Part shown: piece after piece, positions 17,174 through 24,000 of the stretch
How positions within the stretch are numbered: the stretch's first letter is position 1
Layout: every line of letters starts with the position of its first letter
DNA from: an uncultured Cedecea sp.
Lineage (GTDB): Bacteria; Pseudomonadota; Gammaproteobacteria; Enterobacterales; Enterobacteriaceae
NCBI RefSeq assembly: GCF_947498825.1
Contig: NZ_CANMLV010000023.1
Span: forward strand, 42,459-66,458
Length of the DNA stretch: 24,000 nucleotides
Reading direction: 5' to 3'
Notes under the pieces: generated by a model
The model's database searches: none
The model's input: only the letters and a program-made list of their open reading frames with translations
Told to the model about the DNA's origin: nothing
Program-made: the position numbers and the translations under genes

Positions 17174-18424
17174 TCAGCCAAATCTCGGCAGGATGCTGAG
17201 CATACTACCGAACCAGCAGGCTATCACCAGAACACCAAAAGCGATGACCAGACCCGGAATGATTCGGCCTCCCCACACGGTAAACATTTGTGTTGGAAAA
17301 CGTTGTCTGGATTTCAGGGCAAGGATTGCTGGCACAATAACGGCCCAGATAGTTGCACAGAGCCCTGCACCTCCGATGGCATAGATAAAACCATTCGGGA
17401 ATAGCAGATAGAGCAGAGCAGGGGGAATAAAGGTTAACAGAATAGTTTTAAAACGCCCTGAGTTTGAGTTGTCTATTTTAAACAAGTCAGCCAGATAATC
17501 GAACAGTCCTAAAGTCACCCCAAAGAAGGAGCTGGCCACAGCCAGGTTCGAGAATAACAGCAGGAAGAACTCCATTACTCCGCTAGTATTGGTGCCGAGG
17601 AAGGATTTAACTAATGAATCAACGTTGCCGCCAGAAGCGATGATCTCTTTAAAGCTTTCGCGTGGGATATTACCCATGGTGCAATATAACCAAAACAGAT
17701 AAACACTCAGTGCTAGCAAGGAACCAAAAACAATACTCTTGATCAGTTTGTCTTTTCGTTTGCCGTAACAAATAATCAGACTCGGAATATTTCCATGGAA
17801 ACCAAAAGAGGCAAGACAGACGGGAACAGCCATAAAAATATAAGGGAAATAGAAGCTTTCACTACCCTCAACGCTACTGATATCCCTCAGAATAGAGTAG
17901 TCCACCTTAAAGAAGAATGAACCGAACACCACCACAAAGGCGATGATTTTTAAGCCAAGGAAAAATGAAGTGATGCGACTGGCTGCTAATGAACTGACCC
18001 ATAACACCGCAGCAACAAAAATGGCTGTACTGATCCCGACAATTCGCGGGTTCACGTGACTACCAAAGTTCATTGCGATGGTTTCGCTGATAATGGCACC
18101 GTTTGCCGAGATATAAGCATAAGTTAATATATAGAGTACAAAGGCAACGGTGATGCCACTGAAAACATTCCATTTATTACCGAGTAAATCTTTGGTGATA
18201 GTATTGAAGCTGGAGCCAACAGGATAATTTAAATTTGCTTCTAATAATAGTAGCCCAGAATGCAACATTGAAAACCAGGCGATAATTAAAATAAATGCAC
18301 CCCAGAAAAACCACGCCCCAGCGAGGTCAACGGGTAATGCAAACATTCCTCCTCCAATAACTGTTCCGGCAATAACCATTATGCCCCAGAAGGAGGAGTG
18401 TCTGGCATTTGTGTTTTCTTCCAT
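17174..18424 (-). CDS. tnaB: Low-affinity tryptophan permease (HAAAP family).
   Basis: The 416-aa ORF ...SFWGIMVIAGTVIGGGMFALPVDLAGAWFFWGAFILIIAWFSMLHSGLLLLEANLNYPVGSSFNTITKDL... is almost identical over long stretches to E. coli TnaB as recalled. It lies downstream of tnaA. Confidence 0.95.
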   Translation of the reverse strand: MEENTNARHSSFWGIMVIAGTVIGGGMFALPVDLAGAWFFWGAFILIIAWFSMLHSGLLLLEANLNYPVGSSFNTITKDLLGNKWNVFSGITVAFVLYILTYAYISANGAIISETIAMNFGSHVNPRIVGISTAIFVAAVLWVSSLAASRITSFFLGLKIIAFVVVFGSFFFKVDYSILRDISSVEGSESFYFPYIFMAVPVCLASFGFHGNIPSLIICYGKRKDKLIKSIVFGSLLALSVYLFWLYCTMGNIPRESFKEIIASGGNVDSLVKSFLGTNTSGVMEFFLLLFSNLAVASSFFGVTLGLFDYLADLFKIDNSNSGRFKTILLTFIPPALLYLLFPNGFIYAIGGAGLCATIWAVIVPAILALKSRQRFPTQMFTVWGGRIIPGLVIAFGVLVIACWFGSMLSILPRFG

Positions 18425-18645
18425 CGCACTTCCTTATTGATCAATAAGCAGAGTTTATACCGGTAATCGTTCAAATATTAATATTCATCACACTTCAGTT
18501 TTTTCATGTGACGTGAATACATTAGAATATATTTTCTGTGTTTACATAACTCAGTAAATAAGAGCACCTGTTAATGCTTGTTTGCTGGCTGAGTACAGTA
18601 TCTGCACGTTATTTGAATTATTATAGGTATTTAAATGATGTTCTG

Positions 18646-18683
18646 TCTAAAAAGATAACGGCCATATTAAATATGACCGTTAT
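18646..18683 (-). terminator. Terminator-like hairpin directly after the tnaA stop, inside the tnaA-tnaB spacer.
   Basis: The minus strand reads ATAACGGTCATAT-TTA-ATATGGCCGTTAT, a 13-bp stem with one mismatch, followed by CTTTTTAG. The hairpin begins 10 nt after the tnaA stop codon. Confidence 0.5.
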
Positions 18684-18692
18684 TGATGTCGG

Positions 18693-20111
18693 TTATTCGA
18701 TTTCTTTTAATTTTGCAGTAAAGTGACGCAGTACTTTAGGTTCATAAGTAAAGGTCAGTCCCTTAATATTTTTGGCATTCTCTTTAACTTTCTCAAAGGC
18801 CTCAATAATGAAGTCCATATGGGTTTGTGTGTAGGTCGCACGAGGAATGGTTAATCGCAGTAATTCTGCCGGGCAAGGTAACTGTTCACCGGTTTTAGGA
18901 TCGCGCCCCAGCAGGAATGAACCTATTTCGACAGCCCGGATACCCGCTACTTTATAGAGTTCGCAGGCCAGAGCCTGGGCGGGGAACTGATCGGATGGGA
19001 TATGTGGAAGCAATCTTCCTGCATCAACAAATGCTGCGTGGCCCCCGGCTTGCTGGCAGTAGATACCGATAGCTTCGAGCCCCTCTACCAGATACTGTAC
19101 CTGAGTAATACGATAGGCCAGCCAGTCTTGGTTCATTGCGTCATACAGACCTACAGCCAGACGTTCCATGGCACCACCTTCTAAACCACCATAGGTAGGG
19201 AAGCCTTCCTGGAGCACGCAAAGGGTACGACATTCGGTGTAAACATCAAAGAAACTGTCATCTTTAATACACAACAGTCCCCCCATTTGCACCATGGCAT
19301 CTTTTTTTGCCGACATAGCTAACATATCAGCATATTTGTAGGTTTCACGGGTAATTTCTTCAATGCTCCAGTCTTTATATTCAGCCTCTCTCTGCTGAAT
19401 AAAATAGGCATTTTCAGCAAAGCGAGCGGAGTCCATTACGACTGGAATGTCATATTTTTGAGCAATTTCATAGGCGGCTTTTAAATTGCTCAGAGCAACT
19501 GGCTGACCTCCGGCTGAGTTGCAGGTGATGGTCGCGACAATATAAGGAATATGTGCGGCACCGACATCAAGAATGACTCTTTCTAACTCTTCAAGATTAA
19601 AATTACCTTTAAAGTCGTCACGTACTGAAGTATCGAAGGCTTCTTTTGTATAAACGTTACGAACAGTACAGCCATTGATTTGGCTGTGACCCTGAGTGGT
19701 ATCAAAGAAATAGTTGGACAAGACAACCATTTTTTTGCGGTCAAGACCTTTTTCTTGCTCACGTTTTTTAATCAGTACCGGAATATAAATTTGCTCAGCA
19801 CCACGCCCCTGGTGAGTAGGAATAGTATACTGATAGTCAAAAATGTCTTTCACCGCGTTTGCTAAAGCATAATAACTGCGACTGCCGCTGTAGGCTTCAT
19901 CGCCACGGAACATGGCTGCTTGCATATTTTGTGTAATAGCACCAGTACCACTATCCGTTAATAAATCAATAAACACATCTTCACTATCCAGTAAGAACGG
20001 ATTCATACCTGATTTAATGATCGCTTCTTCGCGGTACTCTCTAGTCGTACGTTTTACTGGTTCAATAACACGGATGCGGAACGGTTCAGGTAAGTGTTTA
20101 AAGTTATTCAT
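18693..20111 (-). CDS. tnaA: Tryptophanase (tryptophan indole-lyase), PLP-dependent.
   Basis: The 472-aa [61 protein letters not shown]...MSAKKDAMV... (PLP lysine region) ...[18 protein letters not shown] is collinear with, and highly similar to, E. coli TnaA as recalled. Confidence 0.98.
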   Translation of the reverse strand: MNNFKHLPEPFRIRVIEPVKRTTREYREEAIIKSGMNPFLLDSEDVFIDLLTDSGTGAITQNMQAAMFRGDEAYSGSRSYYALANAVKDIFDYQYTIPTHQGRGAEQIYIPVLIKKREQEKGLDRKKMVVLSNYFFDTTQGHSQINGCTVRNVYTKEAFDTSVRDDFKGNFNLEELERVILDVGAAHIPYIVATITCNSAGGQPVALSNLKAAYEIAQKYDIPVVMDSARFAENAYFIQQREAEYKDWSIEEITRETYKYADMLAMSAKKDAMVQMGGLLCIKDDSFFDVYTECRTLCVLQEGFPTYGGLEGGAMERLAVGLYDAMNQDWLAYRITQVQYLVEGLEAIGIYCQQAGGHAAFVDAGRLLPHIPSDQFPAQALACELYKVAGIRAVEIGSFLLGRDPKTGEQLPCPAELLRLTIPRATYTQTHMDFIIEAFEKVKENAKNIKGLTFTYEPKVLRHFTAKLKEIE

Positions 20112-20377
20112 GATACAGCCCTTAATGTTTTAATTGAGTCATAGCAATGCCGTTACCGATATTGATATGTCATCGATAAAGTTAATTAACATAAATACTC
20201 GCATCGTTATTGAGGTTTCTGAGGTATAACTGAAATAAAGTGTTCTTCGTATGAATCAAATACACGAAAGACCAAGTTATAACCGTTTTATAGAAACAAA
20301 AATAATTTATGATGCATAAGACAAAACAGATTTATATAAACCCGTTCTGGAGTATAGGAATGAACTAACAGAGGCTA

Positions 20378-20455
20378 TTAAGGGATGTGATTGACGATTC
20401 GGTTGTCAATGTTAAACCATTTTGAGATATAAGATGTCTGACAGCAGAGGAACAT
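20378..20455 (-). CDS. tnaC: tna operon leader peptide TnaC: 25 codons, a tryptophan-sensing ribosome-arrest peptide.
   Basis: - Hand translation gives ATG TTC CTC TGC TGT CAG ACA TCT TAT ATC TCA AAA TGG TTT AAC ATT GAC AAC CGA ATC GTC AAT CAC ATC CCT TAA, which is MFLCCQTSYISKWFNIDNRIVNHIP.
- E. coli TnaC is MNILHICVTSKWFNIDNKIVDHRP.
- The critical Trp, Asp and C-terminal Pro are conserved with identical spacing (W13, D17, P25 here; W12, D16, P24 in E. coli).
- GGGAGA lies 9 nt upstream of the ATG, and the ORF is 266 nt upstream of tnaA. Confidence 0.9.
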   Translation of the reverse strand: MFLCCQTSYISKWFNIDNRIVNHIP

Positions 20456-20530
20456 TTTATATAGTCTCCCATTAAAGATAACCTAACATTATTGGAAACA
20501 ATAAAATTGTCTATCGAGAATGATGACAAT

Positions 20531-20546
20531 TGTGATTAGCTTCACG
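20531..20546 (-). promoter_or_regulatory. CRP (CAP) binding site of the tna promoter.
   Basis: TGTGA-TTAGCT-TCACG matches the TGTGA-N6-TCACA consensus at 9 of 10 core positions. It is centred about 83 nt upstream of the tnaC ATG. The tna operon is known to be catabolite-repressed through CAP in E. coli. The -10 and TSS could not be assigned confidently. Confidence 0.6.
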
Positions 20547-20608
20547 GAAGATTAATTTCATATGCATCAATTGTATCAATTAATAGACATATCAACATGT
20601 CTGAGCAG

Positions 20609-20632
20609 TCCGGATGCCGGCCGTTATCCGGA
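20609..20632. repeat. REP-like palindromic unit.
   Basis: TCCGGAT-GCCGGCCGTT-ATCCGGA, a perfect 7-bp stem. The sequence CCGGATGCCGGCCGTTATCCGG resembles a shortened version of the E. coli REP consensus GCCGGATGCGGCG...CGCCTTATCCGGCCTAC. Confidence 0.35.
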
Positions 20633-21352
20633 ACAGAACAGGCTTCAGGCAGAACCAGAAAGTGCTTATAGAGTGACATACCTGCGACAAGAGGCGGCGT
20701 TTATCGCTATCTGTGTCTGAGTTGCTTGGCTGTTGCGCGCGTGAAGGGCGCTGAATCACATCGTTTATCTGTGCTCATCGACGCGCCTCACTTCGCGCCT
20801 ACACGCCACTCGAATTATTTGGGGTATACACCAGCCAGAACCGGACGAACGACGAGTTATCCGTCTGCGCTGTTACGCTGTGCTTTTAGAGTTGCTTTTT
20901 ATTTATGCACTCGAGTGATAATAAAAGAAAAACTAACTGATAAAATGAAGCGGAGTTTTATTAGTGTTTATTTTTTAAAGCAATGGCCGAAATCTCAGTT
21001 GTGCGATGTACATCTCCAAACTGAACCGTCAGAATTGTATTTTTTGATCTTTCTACAAGTACGCTTCAATCCTTGTGCTACTTCACACTTTTTTGTGATA
21101 CCTATTGCTACCAGCTTTTTGGTCAACATATCTGTCATAGTTCAAGTTGCTTGGGCGTTTCCGTAGTGTGAACAGCCGAATCTTATCGTTTGTCTATACT
21201 TGGTGGCACCCGGAGTTTTGCTCCTGTAAGTAGCTTGTTTATACAGGCTGGTTGAATCATTTCGGATAGTCAATATGGCGACGCTCTCTCTGGATGCAGT
21301 GAAAAATGACACCCTGGGGCATCGCTATCTTCGCCAGCACAGGAGAGAAACA

Positions 21353-22780
21353 ATGGCAGCATTTATGACGGACGATTTTTTACTAAAAAATGAAATTGGC
21401 CGCAGACTCTATCATCAGTATGCAGCAGAGATGCCCGTCTATGATTACCACTGTCACCTAAGCCCCAAGGATATCGCTGAAAATCGTCAGTTTGATAACC
21501 TCGGCCAGATTTGGCTGGAAGGGGATCACTACAAATGGCGTGCGATGCGCTGTGCCGGGGTAGATGAGTCTTTAATCACGGGTAAACAAACCAGCGACTG
21601 GGAAAAGTACCTCGCTTGGGCTGATACGGTACCCAAAACCTTAGGTAATCCACTTTATCACTGGACTCATCTCGAACTTCGTCGTCCTTTCGGCATTACG
21701 GGGCAGTTATTTGGTCCGAAAACAGCCGAAGCTATCTGGCTCCAGTGTAATGAGAAACTGGCCACTGAGGCGTTTTCTGCCCGTGGCATTATGCGTCAAA
21801 TGAAGGTGCATATGGTCGGAACCACCGATGACCCGGTAGATTCTCTGGAATACCATCAGCAGATAGCTGCGGACAGTCAGTTTGAAATTGAAGTTGCGCC
21901 AAGCTGGCGTCCTGACAAAGTGTTTAAAATCGAACAGGATGGTTTTGCCGACTATATCGGTAAATTACAGGCCGCTGCGGATGTGAATATTACCGGCTTC
22001 GCTGATTTATGCCGGGCTCTGACCCGTCGTCTTGATCACTTTGATGCTTGTGGCTGTCGCTCTGCTGACCATGGTATTGATATTTTACGTTTTGCACCGG
22101 TTCCGGAAGTCAGTCTGCTGGATATTATTCTCGGTAAACGCCTGGCAGGTGAGACATTAACAGAGGATGAAATTGCTCAGTTCTCTACCGCGGTGCTGGT
22201 ATGGCTCGGCCGCCAGTATGCTGCGCGTGGCTGGGTCATGCAGCTACATCTCGGTGCCATTCGTAATAATAATACTCGTATGTATCGGCAATTAGGGCCG
22301 GATACCGGTTTTGATTCTATTGGTGATACGTCAATCGCCTGGAGCCTTGCTCGTTTGCTTGATGCTCTGGATGTCGCCGATGAATTACCAAAAACGATCC
22401 TCTACTGTTTGAATCCTAAAGATAACGAAGTCCTGGCAACGATGTGTGGTAATTTCCAGGGCGGTGGTGTGGGCGGGAAGATACAGTTTGGTTCGGGCTG
22501 GTGGTTTAATGACCAGAAAGATGGCATGTTGCGTCAACTTACACAGCTATCACAGATGGGGCTACTCAGCCAGTTCGTTGGTATGTTAACCGACTCACGT
22601 AGTTTCCTGTCTTACACGCGCCATGAATATTTCCGGCGTCTGCTTTGTAACTTGGTGGGACAATGGGCAATTGAGGGAGAAATTCCTGATGATGAAGCGA
22701 TGCTGAGCAAGCTGATTCAGGATGTTTGCTTTTACAATGCCAAAGGCTATTTCGACAGAAAGCCTTTGTTAAAGCGCTGA
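21353..22780 (+). CDS. uxaC: Glucuronate/galacturonate (uronate) isomerase.
   Basis: The start is taken at the internal ATG at 21353, with AGGAGA 7 nt upstream. The product is [63 protein letters not shown]...[18 protein letters not shown]...[14 protein letters not shown]...[15 protein letters not shown], collinear with E. coli UxaC (470 aa) as recalled. The 26-codon upstream extension in the track ORF has no SD and no counterpart in UxaC. Confidence 0.95.
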   Translation: MAAFMTDDFLLKNEIGRRLYHQYAAEMPVYDYHCHLSPKDIAENRQFDNLGQIWLEGDHYKWRAMRCAGVDESLITGKQTSDWEKYLAWADTVPKTLGNPLYHWTHLELRRPFGITGQLFGPKTAEAIWLQCNEKLATEAFSARGIMRQMKVHMVGTTDDPVDSLEYHQQIAADSQFEIEVAPSWRPDKVFKIEQDGFADYIGKLQAAADVNITGFADLCRALTRRLDHFDACGCRSADHGIDILRFAPVPEVSLLDIILGKRLAGETLTEDEIAQFSTAVLVWLGRQYAARGWVMQLHLGAIRNNNTRMYRQLGPDTGFDSIGDTSIAWSLARLLDALDVADELPKTILYCLNPKDNEVLATMCGNFQGGGVGGKIQFGSGWWFNDQKDGMLRQLTQLSQMGLLSQFVGMLTDSRSFLSYTRHEYFRRLLCNLVGQWAIEGEIPDDEAMLSKLIQDVCFYNAKGYFDRKPLLKR

Positions 22781-22831
22781 AAAAGAATCCTCTCTTTTTA
22801 AGAAACCTGTCAGTCACTATAAGATTAAATA

Positions 22832-22862
22832 AAATGGGCACATTACTCTGCGCCCATTTTTT
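22832..22862. terminator. Bidirectional terminator between convergent uxaC and the MFS gene.
   Basis: The stem AAATGGGC / GCCCATTT (22832-22839 and 22852-22859) is followed by a T-run ending at 22862 on the + strand. An A/T run precedes it, giving TTTTATTT on the minus strand. Confidence 0.75.
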
Positions 22863-22879
22863 AAAAATCACTTATTGCC

Positions 22880-24000
22880 TCAATGCGACTGAGGCACGGC
22901 TGAGACCCGATAATTTCGTAACATAAAAAATACCACTACAGCCAGCATGGCTATCATGCTTGCCGAGGTCAGCAGCACAATGCTGTGTGCATCGGAAAAT
23001 GCTTCACGTCCAGCCCGGGCAAGGGCTGTTCCGAGTTCACCTGACTGGCCTGCAATGACCATAGTGTCACTGATTGAACTGGCCGCAATGATTTGCATTT
23101 CTGCCGGTAGCCCATCTGGCAAAACAATCGTATTTGCGTAGGTCGTTGAAAGCAGAACGCCAAAAAAAGTGATACCCAGACCCGCTCCTAGCTCATAGCC
23201 TGTCACTTCTAGCGACCCGGCTGCACCTGCTTTTTCAGCGGGTGAACTGTCCATGATAGCAATGGACGATGCCGTCAGACCGATACTCAGCGAAATACCC
23301 AACAGGGCCAGTAAAGCAATAACCATGACGCCTGGGTAACTGAGGTCGCTGATACTCAGTCCTGCAAGACATCCTGCAGCTGTCAGTAGTGAGGTTGCCG
23401 CTACGCTGCGCAGTCCGCATAAGGCAGTGGTATAGCCAGCTACAGGGCCACCTAATGCAGAGCCCACAGCGAGTGGTATCATAAAAATACCGGCCTGGAG
23501 CGGAGAATAGCCCATCACAAATTGCAGTTCCTGCGCCAGGGTCAATTCCACCCCCATCAGCGCACCACTGACGACCAGTGCCATGATGATACCAATACAG
23601 ATAGCAGGCTTGCCAAACAGGGATAGATCCAGCATCGGATCGGCGCTGGAAAGCTGCTTACGGACGAACCAGACCAGCAGACACAACCCAAGGGCAAATA
23701 TCAGACCGCTGGTAAGCGGGGAGCTGTCTACTTTGAAGCCTGATTTTACCGCGTAAACCGTTGCTATCAGGCCGATAATCAGAACCAGAGACTGTCCAGG
23801 TGCCCAGCTTCCCTTCATTAATGTGGTATGACGCGGCAGGCTTAAATAAGCCATTAACAGCACCACCAAAATGACCGGAACGTTGATAAGAAATACCGAT
23901 CCCCACCAGAAATGTTCGAGCAATGCGCCACCACTTAACGGACCAAGAGCCGCACCGGCAGAGCCCACTGTTCCCCAAAGACCCAGAGCAATACCTCGTT
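22880..24000 (-). CDS. DHA2-family (14-TMS) MFS efflux transporter, SmvA-like (methyl-viologen/quaternary-cation resistance type). C-terminal ~373 codons; the gene continues past the right window edge.
   Basis: - The track ORF starts at an internal GTG. The frame stays open to position 24000 (...RGIALGLWGTVGSAGAALGPLSGGALLEHFWWGSVFLINVP...).
- The motifs LLEHF.WGSVFLINVP, AQELQFV.G.SP.QAG.FM.P and SSPAEKAGAAGSLE.TGYELGAGLG match Salmonella SmvA as I recall it. Confidence 0.85.
   Translation of the reverse strand, partial: RGIALGLWGTVGSAGAALGPLSGGALLEHFWWGSVFLINVPVILVVLLMAYLSLPRHTTLMKGSWAPGQSLVLIIGLIATVYAVKSGFKVDSSPLTSGLIFALGLCLLVWFVRKQLSSADPMLDLSLFGKPAICIGIIMALVVSGALMGVELTLAQELQFVMGYSPLQAGIFMIPLAVGSALGGPVAGYTTALCGLRSVAATSLLTAAGCLAGLSISDLSYPGVMVIALLALLGISLSIGLTASSIAIMDSSPAEKAGAAGSLEVTGYELGAGLGITFFGVLLSTTYANTIVLPDGLPAEMQIIAASSISDTMVIAGQSGELGTALARAGREAFSDAHSIVLLTSASMIAMLAVVVFFMLRNYRVSAVPQSH

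Noticed and set aside
20590-20890. The idea that the GC-rich structured core is a retron msr/msd or another defence-associated ncRNA.
   Set aside because: No reverse transcriptase or any effector ORF lies nearby. The flanking genes are tnaC and uxaC. I could not identify the characteristic long terminal inverted repeats.
20726-21166. A 146-codon TTG-initiated ORF in the tnaC-uxaC gap.
   Set aside because: It has a non-ATG start and no Shine-Dalgarno. Its composition switches from GC-rich to AT-rich midway, and the translation is not protein-like (Arg/Ser/Cys-rich, then Phe/Ile-rich). An internal ATG version (MKRSFISVYFLKQW..., 74 aa) also lacks an SD. The region is kept only as part of the non-coding-gap finding.
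1-24000. A search for CRISPR arrays, IS elements or inverted-repeat termini, integrases, tRNA/rRNA genes and known defence-gene signatures.
   Set aside because: None was seen on either strand. Every ORF over 100 aa that does not overlap a stronger gene is accounted for by metabolic, transport or regulatory families.

Overview
The window looks like a chromosomal segment from a moderately AT-rich member of the Enterobacterales. That assignment rests on protein similarity to E. coli sequences recalled from memory, and no search was possible.

The left third (1-8250) is a conserved housekeeping backbone in the same order as E. coli K-12: pepD (partial, minus strand), gpt, frsA, crl, phoE (minus strand, with a conserved Pho box) and proBA.

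Downstream of proA, where K-12 carries thrW and a prophage, there is a roughly 9 kb accessory metabolic block:
- a CitMHS-family transporter;
- a 3' remnant of a GntP-family permease;
- a complete seven-gene sgcX-B-C-Q-A-E-R orphan PTS cluster;
- a GNAT acetyltransferase.

The right end of the window holds:
- a tryptophanase operon, tnaC-tnaA-tnaB. The 25-codon tnaC leader is absent from the ORF track and was found by hand;
- a roughly 0.9 kb non-coding gap with a GC-rich core;
- a lone uxaC;
- a partial SmvA-like DHA2 MFS efflux gene.

I found no integrase, transposase, CRISPR array, tRNA or rRNA gene, or recognisable defence or toxin gene. I do not see a convincing novel multi-gene system. 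The items most worth a second look are:
- a decayed small cassette in the gpt-frsA gap;
- a RyjB-like small-RNA signature, in the opposite orientation to the operon, in the only large gap of the sgc operon;
- an SD-preceded 35-codon ORF in the 637 bp sgc/GNAT control region;
- the unexplained GC-rich non-coding core between tnaC and uxaC.
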